The notes beneath the pieces are model-generated. The model did no database searches, was not told where the DNA came from, and saw nothing but the letters and a program-made list of their open reading frames with translations. 64,000 nucleotides of DNA from a virus, in IMG/VR virus record IMGVR_UViG_3300028048_000061, positions 1 to 64,000 of that record, one strand, 5' to 3'. Made by a program: the position numbers and the translations under genes. Below are positions 6,682 through 16,025 of this stretch, piece after piece; the stretch's first letter is position 1; each line of letters begins with the position of its first letter.

Positions 6682-6763
6682 CGGTCGAGGCAGGATTTGA
6701 ACCTGCGACCCCAGAGGGACTGGTTCTCAAGACCAGCGCAATACCAAACTATGCCACTCGACC
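6682..6763 (-). tRNA. tRNA-Ser(TGA)
   Basis: GGTCGAG..CTGGT-CTTGAGA-ACCAG, long variable arm, TTCAAAT, discriminator G. Confidence 0.95.
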
Positions 6764-6827
6764 AAAAACGCGCAATCACCGAAATGATTGCACGAAAGAG
6801 TCAAAACCATACTTTATTTTACCAGTG

Positions 6828-6898
6828 AGTCTGAGGCAGGGTTTAAACCTGCAATACAAGGGTTGCAGCCAAGCGCATTACCTCTTTGCTACTCAGAC
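6828..6898 (-). tRNA. tRNA-Cys(GCA), partly degenerate
   Basis: GTCTGAG/CTCAGAC acceptor, loop CTGCAAC, discriminator T; two T-T mismatches in the anticodon stem and T-loop TTTAAAC. Confidence 0.75.
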
Positions 6899-6997
6899 AA
6901 GTGAGGGACGGGGGCGAGCCCCCGTATATGTGTCGTGTTAAATATGCGTCGTTTTTGACTTGTGTGCTTTCACACAATATAATATTTGACTTCATAG

Positions 6998-7013
6998 TAT
7001 ATAAATGTTTCGT
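6998..7013 (-). promoter_or_regulatory. BRE-TATA promoter for the leftward tRNA/histone operon
   Basis: Minus strand reads cgaaaca-tttatata, about 100 nt upstream of tRNA-Cys. Confidence 0.6.
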
Positions 7014-7054
7014 TTTTAGACAAAAATCTCCCCAATATGATAATATTTATTTAC

Positions 7055-7069
7055 CGAAAAGTTTAAATA
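7055..7069 (+). promoter_or_regulatory. BRE-TATA promoter for the rightward packaging operon (divergent pair)
   Basis: cgaaaag-tttaaata, the typical methanogen promoter pattern. Confidence 0.6.
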
Positions 7070-7159
7070 TTATAAGAAATATATATTTATATATTTTATT
7101 AAAAATTTTTGAGTAATACTTTTTGAGAAATTCTTCATAACTTTTTAGAGGGTGTTTAT

Positions 7160-7735
7160 ATTACGTGTGGAATATATTGTATTGAAAACAATATTAATAA
7201 AAAAAAATATATTGGTCAAAGCGTCAATATTGAGAAGCGCTTATATCAGCATTGTAATTCATTAAAAAATAACAATCACTCGAATAATCATTTGCAAGGA
7301 GCTTGGAATAAATACGGCGAGAATAATTTTGATATGTTTATTCTAAAATCGTGTAAGCAGAAGTATTTAAATCGTCTCGAGAAAATGTATATTCGTGTAT
7401 ATGATTCCTTTCATAATGGGTATAACCTAACGAAAGGTGGAGACGGGTTTCCTTTGGACGAAGAGTCACGTTATCATCGTGCTTTGGCTAATAGTTTAGC
7501 AACAAATCGTATAGGTGTGATGAATGTATCTAAATTTACTGATGCCAAATATAGACAAGGATTTCGTTATCGGTATCAAAATGCGATAACTGGACAACAT
7601 ATGTATTCATACGACCTTTTAAAGTTAAAAAAGAAAGTAGAAGATAATAATTATAAATGGCTAATAATAAACGAGGACTTATATCAACAATCCTTATTAG
7701 AAAACGAACAATTGAGGTTATTGTATGACAGATAA
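7160..7735 (+). CDS. GIY-YIG homing endonuclease; probable ATT start
   Basis: The frame extends upstream of the track call to (M)TCGIYCIENNINKKKYIGQSVNIEKR; no ATG/GTG/TTG after the in-frame stop at 7124; RBS gagggtg 5 nt before ATT 7160. Confidence 0.85.
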   Translation: MTCGIYCIENNINKKKYIGQSVNIEKRLYQHCNSLKNNNHSNNHLQGAWNKYGENNFDMFILKSCKQKYLNRLEKMYIRVYDSFHNGYNLTKGGDGFPLDEESRYHRALANSLATNRIGVMNVSKFTDAKYRQGFRYRYQNAITGQHMYSYDLLKLKKKVEDNNYKWLIINEDLYQQSLLENEQLRLLYDR

Positions 7736-9284
7736 ATCTCATTTAAAAAAGATTTTACAAAGAGCAAAAAATGATAAGGTTTTCTTTGCAAAGAATTTCT
7801 TGAGAGACCCAGACAATGAGCCATATGAATTAGAGCCTCATCAAGCAGCTTTTTTGAACGACCCACACCCATTTAAAATTTTATTATGTTCAAGGCGTTC
7901 GGGAAAGTCCTTGTTGTTTCAGATGGATATTTTACATAAATTATTTTTCTTGAAAAATCAAAATATTGGAGCATTATTTCCAACTCTTGCTCAAGCTCGA
8001 GAATTTGGAAAAACTTTTGACGATTTAGTATACAGGTCTCCTTTAATAAGCTCCTCATTTGCTGTTGATAACAAATTAGATAAAATGTTGATTAATAGGA
8101 ATCGTTTTAAGATAGCGAGCGCAGGAACTAAATCTGGACAATCAGAGGATTCTGCACAAGTTGGTGCAGGTTTTTCATCATTGCTTCTTGATGAAACACA
8201 ATCACTTGATGAAGAGTCTTTATCAACTATCATTCCAACAATCTTAGGTCAAAAAAGCAACACTACGACTTTAATGTTAGCAGGAACACCACGTACAAAG
8301 CGTGATTTCTTTTATAAAAACATACAAAATTCATTTCAAATAACCGATACAAGCAAAAGTCCCACACCAAAACCATTAAAAAAGGATGGTATTTTTAGTT
8401 TACATCGTTTTCAGGTTACAGAAGTAGATGAGACAGGAAAGATTTTATATACACGTTCACCAAAGCGATTAAGCATCGCGGATTTAGAATCTGTAAGAAG
8501 TGTAATTGGCACAGAAAAGTTTAGGCGAGAGTTTTGTCTTGAATTTCTTGATACAACATCACTTCCATTTTACGATGAGCTTGTTCAAGCTCAAGGATAT
8601 TTGCCAAAACCAGACGTTTTTCAATCTAAACAAATTTGTGTTGGAGGAATTGACTTTGGTAAAGTTCGAAATAATTCTGTTTTATGTATTGCAGAATTTA
8701 ATCCAAAAATTCATAAATGGGAGGCCAAATATTTTAAGTCATGGAATCTTGGAACAAAATATCAAGATATCATACATTATGTTAATAATATTTTGCCAAT
8801 ACGATTTCCTAAGCTATTAATGCTTGGGGTTGACGCAACTGGTGTTGGAAAGTCTATTACCGAAGGATTAAATTATCAAAATCGTTTTGAAATAAAGGAT
8901 ATTTTGTTTTCACAACCGATGAAAGTATCTCTTGTGGAAAATTCTGTAATGAATTTAGAGACAGATTATGTTCGTTTTTATAAACATCCAATATTAGATA
9001 AAGAAATGGCATCATATACAAGATTAATAAATGACAATGGAAGGGTTTTGTTCGAAAAAGGAGAATCCGATGACTTTGTAGATGCATTTAATATGTGTAA
9101 TAATGTTATTACTGACGTAACAAATAAAGGATTATTGTATAAAACAAACATAGCTGTTACTGGATTGGGGGGCAGCATTGTTGATATGAATAAAAACTTT
9201 AGAGGCAGTAATCCAACTTATAATACTTATAATTTGCGACAAGCAAGAGAAAATAAACAAGGAATATCTTCATTAAGGAGGTAG
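7725..9284 (+). CDS. terL: Terminase large subunit
   Basis: Walker A-like CSRRSGKS, Walker B LLLDE, coupling AGTP, RNase H-like nuclease GIDFG..S, GVDATGVG and DDFVDA. Confidence 0.95.
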   Translation: MTDKSHLKKILQRAKNDKVFFAKNFLRDPDNEPYELEPHQAAFLNDPHPFKILLCSRRSGKSLLFQMDILHKLFFLKNQNIGALFPTLAQAREFGKTFDDLVYRSPLISSSFAVDNKLDKMLINRNRFKIASAGTKSGQSEDSAQVGAGFSSLLLDETQSLDEESLSTIIPTILGQKSNTTTLMLAGTPRTKRDFFYKNIQNSFQITDTSKSPTPKPLKKDGIFSLHRFQVTEVDETGKILYTRSPKRLSIADLESVRSVIGTEKFRREFCLEFLDTTSLPFYDELVQAQGYLPKPDVFQSKQICVGGIDFGKVRNNSVLCIAEFNPKIHKWEAKYFKSWNLGTKYQDIIHYVNNILPIRFPKLLMLGVDATGVGKSITEGLNYQNRFEIKDILFSQPMKVSLVENSVMNLETDYVRFYKHPILDKEMASYTRLINDNGRVLFEKGESDDFVDAFNMCNNVITDVTNKGLLYKTNIAVTGLGGSIVDMNKNFRGSNPTYNTYNLRQARENKQGISSLRR

Positions 9285-9287
9285 CAT

Positions 9288-10688
9288 ATGACACAAAAAA
9301 AGAAAACACGCAAAATAAGCGTAAATACTGAAACATTAAAAAAAGACGACAAGAAACCACAGACGACAAAACAAAAAAGTCCATCAGGGCTTCCAACAAG
9401 GGTGCTTGTCTCAAATCAATCAATGTATCGAGTACAATCATTTAAAACAACGAATTTTGCTCGTAAAATAAGTTATGACCTTATAGACTCGGTATATGAC
9501 AGAACAATATTAAAGAAAATCATTACTAAATATAAATTTTCAATCGTACCGAATTATTTTCAAGTTCGAGTAGAAAATCTCGATGGAACAAGAAACGAAG
9601 ACCTTGAGCGATTAATTACGCCTATTTCCTCGATTATTAGTCGAGATTTACTAATGAATGCAGTAAAAGGATTTTTCTTATATGGGACATCAATTATTTA
9701 CAAAGGCGATGTCAATGAAAAAGGAGAATATAATCAACTATTTTTATTAAGAATACAAGATTTAGAGCCAGAATATGATTGGGAAAATGATTTTCAATTA
9801 GTTGGATTTAAGTATTACTATAAAAGGGAGTATATTTTTATTCCTCTCGAAGATGTTGCGATATTTGCAAACGACCCAGCTGTTGGAGAATTATTTGGAA
9901 CTGGATTATTAAATAACTTATTTGAAACATTAAATCAATTTTTAAACGATAAGCTTGGTTTAACTGAAATTTTAGATAGATATGCATTACCATTAGTGCA
10001 ATGGGCTGTTGATGTATCTGATGCCGGATTCTTGAGTGAAGACGATATTATTGCAAAAACAAGACAAACGCTTTATGAACAATTAGAGTTTGGTGACGAT
10101 ATTGTTTCAGACGCCAGAATTGAACCAAAAATTATAGAGTTTTCAAATATTTCAGAAAATTTACTTGGAATTCTTCAAGAAGCGCGAAAAGATATTGGAA
10201 TTTTAACAATTCCAGAGCCATTATTAGGAGGAACCATTTCAAATCTTTCCGGTGGTAAAATTCAACAAGCGGTATTTAATGATGAAATTAGAGGATACCA
10301 AGCTATATTAAATGATTTTGTAGTAAAGGAATTTTATCTTCCGTTTTTAAAAAAGCAAGGTTATGTACAAAATGAAGATTTTAAACAAGTTTATATGAAT
10401 TTCCCTCTACAAACATCTGAATTGCCATCTGATGCAATTATTTGGATAAAACAAGCTGTTGAAATGGGATTAATGACTTTTGATGAGGCCAGAGCGACGC
10501 TTGGTCTTAGAGGAAAAGCACCTTTAACAACTCCAGAATTAGAAGATTATTTCATCACAAAAACATTAAAAGATGACCAATCTGATGAAAACTACCAAGA
10601 TGATAATAAATTAGAACCGAAAAATCGTTCTGGTAAAGACCCAACCAACAATGTTAATGAAGATGGATATGATGGGGAAAGAAGATAA
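9288..10688 (+). CDS. Portal protein
   Basis: Directly follows TerL; 466 aa; portal-like segments (FANDPAVGELFGTGLL; GLMTFDEARATLGL). Confidence 0.85.
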   Translation: MTQKKKTRKISVNTETLKKDDKKPQTTKQKSPSGLPTRVLVSNQSMYRVQSFKTTNFARKISYDLIDSVYDRTILKKIITKYKFSIVPNYFQVRVENLDGTRNEDLERLITPISSIISRDLLMNAVKGFFLYGTSIIYKGDVNEKGEYNQLFLLRIQDLEPEYDWENDFQLVGFKYYYKREYIFIPLEDVAIFANDPAVGELFGTGLLNNLFETLNQFLNDKLGLTEILDRYALPLVQWAVDVSDAGFLSEDDIIAKTRQTLYEQLEFGDDIVSDARIEPKIIEFSNISENLLGILQEARKDIGILTIPEPLLGGTISNLSGGKIQQAVFNDEIRGYQAILNDFVVKEFYLPFLKKQGYVQNEDFKQVYMNFPLQTSELPSDAIIWIKQAVEMGLMTFDEARATLGLRGKAPLTTPELEDYFITKTLKDDQSDENYQDDNKLEPKNRSGKDPTNNVNEDGYDGERR

Positions 10689-10703
10689 TATCGAGGTGAG
10701 CAT

Positions 10704-11378
10704 ATGACTTTTTACTTATATCATATTATCAATAAAAATACTGGTCACATATATATTGGGCGTACTCAAAATGATGACCAATGGATTCAACATCAGTATT
10801 TTTTAGATACGAATCAGCATTTTAGTAGATTAATGCAAAAACATTATAATAATGGAAGCGGATTTGAATATAACATTATTGAAAAATCAGATGACCCCTT
10901 ATATATAGCAGAAAAAGCTATTCATCTTATTGAAGAGCTTGAAACTATTAATCCAATGAAAGGATACAACTCATTTTTTGATGGTCAGGGCATTGGTAAA
11001 CGAGGGGCAAAACTTAATATATATGATGAAGATGTTTTGTTTTATTTTTTAAAAAATAACAAATCAAAAACATTGAAAAAATTTGATATTTCAAGCAATG
11101 TTTTTGATTATCGTATTCAAAGACAAGGCTTTGGTCAACAAGGAGACGCTATACCAATATCAACATATGAGAGTTTGTATTGCTTTTGCGCACAAGAGGC
11201 CGTATTATCACCAGACCCAATCTCGGCATCAAGCCTGATGGATAGGTGTTTCCAATTATATGATGTTTCTCGAAGATTGAGACCAACCCCACATAAGATA
11301 TCAAAAAATCTTAAAGCATTTGGTATTCCTCAAATCAAGAAGAATGGATTAATCTATTTTACATCAAATGATAATTAA
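10704..11378 (+). CDS. GIY-YIG-like protein with a putative C-terminal HTH/wHTH region
   Basis: FYLYHIIN..HIYIGRT..QH..E..KGYN; the usual catalytic Arg position reads QW. Confidence 0.7.
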   Translation: MTFYLYHIINKNTGHIYIGRTQNDDQWIQHQYFLDTNQHFSRLMQKHYNNGSGFEYNIIEKSDDPLYIAEKAIHLIEELETINPMKGYNSFFDGQGIGKRGAKLNIYDEDVLFYFLKNNKSKTLKKFDISSNVFDYRIQRQGFGQQGDAIPISTYESLYCFCAQEAVLSPDPISASSLMDRCFQLYDVSRRLRPTPHKISKNLKAFGIPQIKKNGLIYFTSNDN

Positions 11379-11443
11379 CATTTTTATATTTCCAATTTTA
11401 GATATATTTACATAATAAAATTTTATTATCGAGGTTAATGCTT

Positions 11444-12520
11444 ATGTTAACAGAAAGATTACATTTACAATCAAATGGGTTAAATGGTCTTAGCGTCCTC
11501 GATGATGGCAGAACGCAAGTGTCTGGCATTGCAATCAATCCCGGTAAATATCACGGATTGATTAGAATCGAAGAAGATGAAATGCAAAACGCCGTTGATA
11601 ACTTATTAGGCGATATTATTTTAAAAGACCATGATAACTCTTGTGATTCAGCTATTGGTAGAGTTACATCTACTGAACTCGCTATCAATGAAAAAACTGG
11701 TATGCGATGTGCTAAATACGAGGGTTGGATTGACTCAGATGAAAAAAAATTAATTAACAAAATCAACAAGGGAATCATAGACTCAACTTCAATTGGTTTT
11801 TCATATGAACCATATTGTAGTATTTGTGGTCGCCCTTTAGAAGAGTGTAATCACTTTATCTGGGACGATGGCTTCGAGATTATTGCAAAAAACATTGCAC
11901 CTCATGAGCTATCCATTGTGTCAGTACCAGCTGATAAAAATGCAACTGTAAGCACTTTTAGCGCTACAGAAACCCTGAGTGATAAATTGATTGAACTTAA
12001 AGAACAAAAAAGACAACAAAAAGGAGAAAACAATATGGATTTCGAAGAAAAATATTCAGAATTAGAAGCTGAATTCGAAGAATTCAAAGAATCTGCAAAA
12101 ACTGAGTTAGAAGAACTCAAAGCAGAACACGAAACCAAAATTTCTGATAAAATTGAAGAAACATTATCTTTAAAACAAGAATTACAAGAAGCAAAAGATG
12201 CTCTTGCAGCAGCAGACTCCGAATTAGAAGTTTTAAAAGCTGAATTAGCACAAATTGCTGAAGAAAAATTAAGCGAATTAAGAGCAAAAGTAACAGAATT
12301 AAACGAAAAAGTATCAGCAGGTTTAACTGAAGAAGAAATCTCTGAATTAAGTGAATCTGGTTTACACAGATACGTAGATATGTTTACTAAAATCATTGAA
12401 GCACAACCAAGTTTTGAGCCAGCTCCACAAGCAACTCACCAATATTCCAAAGGCGAAGATGAGTTAAGTGAAGATGCTTCAACTCTTGAAAAACTTATGT
12501 ATAAAAGAGAACAATTATAA
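11444..12520 (+). CDS. Prohead protease fused to a coiled-coil scaffold
   Basis: HK97-type protease motifs ILKDHD, STSIGF, ELSIVSVPAD; acidic coiled-coil C-terminal half; RBS gaggtt. Confidence 0.88.
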   Translation: MLTERLHLQSNGLNGLSVLDDGRTQVSGIAINPGKYHGLIRIEEDEMQNAVDNLLGDIILKDHDNSCDSAIGRVTSTELAINEKTGMRCAKYEGWIDSDEKKLINKINKGIIDSTSIGFSYEPYCSICGRPLEECNHFIWDDGFEIIAKNIAPHELSIVSVPADKNATVSTFSATETLSDKLIELKEQKRQQKGENNMDFEEKYSELEAEFEEFKESAKTELEELKAEHETKISDKIEETLSLKQELQEAKDALAAADSELEVLKAELAQIAEEKLSELRAKVTELNEKVSAGLTEEEISELSESGLHRYVDMFTKIIEAQPSFEPAPQATHQYSKGEDELSEDASTLEKLMYKREQL

Positions 12521-12532
12521 GGAGATTAGAAT

Positions 12533-13039
12533 ATGATTGAATCAAGCGGACAAATATTAACAGGTAGAGCATCTCAAGATTTAGCAGCTGTTATTACCAA
12601 CAGACCAGACGCTAACGGTTTTTACAGAAGCGCATACAAAGCTTTAGTAATCGACAGTACCAAAGCAGCAGCTGAAGACTCAAAAACTAAAGGAACTTGG
12701 GTAAAAATCGCTCAATCAAGCAACACCTTTGACGAATTCGTTGGTGTAGTAGGAGACGACCACGCACCTCAAGCAAATATCGAATTAACCTCATACAACC
12801 CAGTATGTGATTGGAAAGCAGACTACAATGTCAAAGCTGGTGACGTAGTAACCTTTGAAAGAAACGGTATTATTTCTGTAATTGCAGGAGATGACATTAC
12901 CGAAGGAGACTACTTAAAATTAGGCGACGACGGAACATTCGTACCAGAAACTGCAGCAAACGCATACAAAGCAGTTGGAAGAGCTTATGAAACAGCAGAA
13001 GAAGGCGAAAGATTCAGAGCAATGATTAGAAGTTTATAA
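12533..13039 (+). CDS. Capsid decoration/cement protein
   Basis: Lies between protease and MCP; ends ..AGDDITEGDYLKLGDDG..VGRAYE.A, a cement-like pattern; high-expression codon bias. Confidence 0.65.
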   Translation: MIESSGQILTGRASQDLAAVITNRPDANGFYRSAYKALVIDSTKAAAEDSKTKGTWVKIAQSSNTFDEFVGVVGDDHAPQANIELTSYNPVCDWKADYNVKAGDVVTFERNGIISVIAGDDITEGDYLKLGDDGTFVPETAANAYKAVGRAYETAEEGERFRAMIRSL

Positions 13040-13051
13040 GGAGACGAGAAA

Positions 13052-13951
13052 ATGCAAAGTTTAGAACATTTCGCACACGCACCACAAGAATCAGACGGTT
13101 ATCAAAGAAATAATACTACCATTGCACCAGAAATTATCACATACTTAAAAGACGAATGTGACTTAAGAGAGTTCTTTGTACCAAAACCAATGCAAGGTGT
13201 ATTATCCAAATCATTCAGAATAGAAAAAGAAGAAGGAGTAGCAGTACAAATCGCAGGTAACGCAGAAGTACCACGTGCAGAAAACGTACAAAAACTCTTC
13301 ACCATTTACTTACACAGAAATGCAACCGGATACAAAATCGACGATGACGAAAGAAAAATGAATAGCGACGACCCGGGCTATGAAGCAAGAAAAATGGAAA
13401 ACGCAATGAAAAGAATGCTTAAAAAAGAAAGATTAGACATGACACAAGTATTCTTAGCAGCACCGGGCGGAGTAACCAACGTCACAGGTGGATTATCAAG
13501 CCTCAACGTATCCGTAATTAAAGCAGCAGTAGATGCAATGATTGCATCAGCATCCGTAGAAGACGACATCGAACCAACAATGTTATTCATGTCCTACGCA
13601 GCATTCAGACAATTACAAGCAGACCCTGACTTCAAATACATCCCAGAAGTCTTCCAAAAACTCTTATTAGAAGGAAGATTTATGGAAGGTGGAAGAACTA
13701 ATAAAAGAGCAATCAGCGGTCCAACCGGTCAATACATCGACGGTATTGAAATTTACATTGTAAACGAGTTAGGAAACGACATTATTCTCTTAGATGAAAC
13801 CAAAGACGCATTATGGTTAGCAGAAGACCAACAACCAACCATCACATCTTACAGAGACTACGAACATATTTCCGATATCGTAGATATCCGTCACGACCAA
13901 CAACCAGTCTGTGTAAGACCAGAAGCGTTATATAAAATTCACATTCAATAA
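13052..13951 (+). CDS. Major capsid protein (HK97 fold)
   Basis: Position, 299 aa, strong high-expression codon bias, HK97-like C-terminus (IDGIEIYIVN..D..IRH...VRPEALYKI). Confidence 0.85.
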   Translation: MQSLEHFAHAPQESDGYQRNNTTIAPEIITYLKDECDLREFFVPKPMQGVLSKSFRIEKEEGVAVQIAGNAEVPRAENVQKLFTIYLHRNATGYKIDDDERKMNSDDPGYEARKMENAMKRMLKKERLDMTQVFLAAPGGVTNVTGGLSSLNVSVIKAAVDAMIASASVEDDIEPTMLFMSYAAFRQLQADPDFKYIPEVFQKLLLEGRFMEGGRTNKRAISGPTGQYIDGIEIYIVNELGNDIILLDETKDALWLAEDQQPTITSYRDYEHISDIVDIRHDQQPVCVRPEALYKIHIQ

Positions 13952-13986
13952 GTAAATAGCTATACGTAAAAAACAGAGGTGACAAA

Positions 13987-14472
13987 ATGGCTAGAAAAAG
14001 CACAAAAAAATCAAAAGAAAAAGAGGCTGAAACAGAGTCTAAAGAAGAAAAGAAAACTACAAAAAAGAGTACTAAAACCAAAAAAACAAATGATAATATA
14101 AAATTAACCTTTAGACCAATATTTTCAGCAGCTACAACTTTTACAGCGTATCTTCAACATAGAGTGCAACGCGTAAATAATGGGAATGAAGTAATGGTTG
14201 ATGAACCAATCATTGAAGGATTACCGGGTATTTTAACTGTTAAAGCTGGAGAAATCATTACCGTAACCCAAGAGCAATTAGATAAACTTGTAGAATTAGG
14301 TTTCGTAGAATCCGAAGAACAAGTTGCAGACAGAAAAGCAATCGAGAAAGGATTAGCACCACAACATCCTGAGAGATTATCATATGATGTCATGGCAACA
14401 AATCGTGATTTTAACATAAAACCTCGTGAACTTGAAAAAATTTATACTGACAAATTAATAATAGTTGATTAG
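13987..14472 (+). CDS. Hypothetical virion protein with Lys/Glu-rich N-terminus
   Basis: RBS gaggtg; lies in the head module. Confidence 0.6.
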   Translation: MARKSTKKSKEKEAETESKEEKKTTKKSTKTKKTNDNIKLTFRPIFSAATTFTAYLQHRVQRVNNGNEVMVDEPIIEGLPGILTVKAGEIITVTQEQLDKLVELGFVESEEQVADRKAIEKGLAPQHPERLSYDVMATNRDFNIKPRELEKIYTDKLIIVD

Positions 14473-14473
14473 A

Positions 14474-14917
14474 ATGTTAATAGTAGATGATATACGATTT
14501 ATGCTAAATCTAAGCGAAGAAGATATACCAGATGAGGATATACAAAGATATATTGATAATTATACATTAAAAATTTATGAATATGTCGGCGGAAGAGTTG
14601 ATTGTCCAAAGCTTATCAACTCCCCATTATTTGATGAGGTATTGTTAGCAGGAATTGCTTGTCATCTATCTATGGTTCACCCAGAACTCTTAATCTTTCC
14701 ATCAAAATATCGCGTAGGAGATACACAAGAGGAGTTTTCTGATGCGACACTTGGAAAAACACCTTCTTGGTGTTCAAGATATAGCGATGCATTGGATGCG
14801 TTATTAAAAAGCTTTGTTGAGATTCAAAATTTGTATACATTCAGGCGACGTGGTTTGCGTACTCATAGACGTTGGAGAAGAGACGATGATGAGCTTTATG
14901 ATTACGGTTATTATTAG
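14474..14917 (+). CDS. Head-tail adaptor/connector
   Basis: Position and size; LIVDDIRFMLNL..IPDEDIQRYID helical start and SKYRVGD (gp15-like). Confidence 0.65.
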   Translation: MLIVDDIRFMLNLSEEDIPDEDIQRYIDNYTLKIYEYVGGRVDCPKLINSPLFDEVLLAGIACHLSMVHPELLIFPSKYRVGDTQEEFSDATLGKTPSWCSRYSDALDALLKSFVEIQNLYTFRRRGLRTHRRWRRDDDELYDYGYY

Positions 14918-14926
14918 GAGCTAATT

Positions 14927-15313
14927 ATGTCATTTCGAACAATTATGAGATGGGTAAATCGACCTGATGAACAAATGATACTAATGAAATTTGATAAAAC
15001 TGAATTTCAAGATGAATTTGGTTTTGCAAAAGAAACATTAGTGGAAATACAGGAAATACATGGAGTAATACAATTATTTCAAAATGAAGAAATAAGTTTC
15101 AAGGGAGAAGAATCCAATCCAAATTATACAGGATATTTTTTACCAGAGTTTATTTTAGAAACTAATAAGCTCGCAGATTATCGGATTAAATATATTCGCC
15201 CACACGAAACACAAATTCTTAAAATATCTTCATATAATCCAAATAGATTTTTACGACATACGAGAGACCATATACAATTACAATTAATATTGGAGAAAAA
15301 ATATCATGCCTGA
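14927..15313 (+). CDS. Head closure (stopper)-like protein
   Basis: Position; beta-rich 128 aa with DEFG motif. Confidence 0.55.
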   Translation: MSFRTIMRWVNRPDEQMILMKFDKTEFQDEFGFAKETLVEIQEIHGVIQLFQNEEISFKGEESNPNYTGYFLPEFILETNKLADYRIKYIRPHETQILKISSYNPNRFLRHTRDHIQLQLILEKKYHA

Positions 15314-16019
15314 GGGTTTTCATTCAGCTACATCTTATGTGGAAGCTAATCCATTATTTCGCCTTGAAACATCTGCATCTTGGGACGGCTATAACAATGT
15401 CTTAGGTTTTTTTCTTAGTTCATGGGGAGATAAACCATTATCTGATGAACAATTAGAAAAAATTGGTGCGGACGCAGTAAAAGTCGCACAAAATTTATTA
15501 GATGAACAGGTATATAGTCACGTCGGCAGCTCAGAACGTACATATAAGTTATGGGGGTCAATTAAAAGTGATTCTCGAGGAGGCTCTGTTAATGTTTACT
15601 CTGATGCACGCTCTCCAATAGGCTATCCATATGCAGGAAGCATTGAATATGGTTTTCATCCATATGGTCATAGCACTTTTATTCCTCCAAGACCATTTCT
15701 AAGACCAGCTTTAGAATTTGCTGTTAATGCAACACGTGCCAGTTGGGAGGCAAACGTTGAACATATGGTTCATGTATTGGCAAATAATGATTTAAGTTTA
15801 AGTCATTTCCTCGCCTATGGTAATGACTTGGGGGCAAGTCGAAGAAATTGGGGAAGAAATCTTCAATCACATATTGATTATAATAGTATGTCTCGTATGC
15901 GCGGCGCAACAACAGTTGGAATTAATCGAGGCAGATATTCTCATGAGGCAAACCAATCTAGATATGGAACCGAAAAAGGAGCGTATCATCGTATTTGGGA
16001 TGTAGACACACGGAGATGA
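15306..16019 (+). CDS. HK97 gp10-like neck/tail completion protein
   Basis: RTYKLWGSI, YAGSIEYG, IPPRPFLRPAL motifs. Confidence 0.75.
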   Translation: MPEGFHSATSYVEANPLFRLETSASWDGYNNVLGFFLSSWGDKPLSDEQLEKIGADAVKVAQNLLDEQVYSHVGSSERTYKLWGSIKSDSRGGSVNVYSDARSPIGYPYAGSIEYGFHPYGHSTFIPPRPFLRPALEFAVNATRASWEANVEHMVHVLANNDLSLSHFLAYGNDLGASRRNWGRNLQSHIDYNSMSRMRGATTVGINRGRYSHEANQSRYGTEKGAYHRIWDVDTRR

Positions 16020-16025
16020 TAATTA

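Noticed and set aside
6682-6763. Opal suppressor or selenocysteine tRNA
   Set aside because: TGA is the anticodon (reads TCA, Ser), not the codon; ordinary Ser features. TAA, TAG and TGA all terminate genes normally, so there is no sign of code reassignment.
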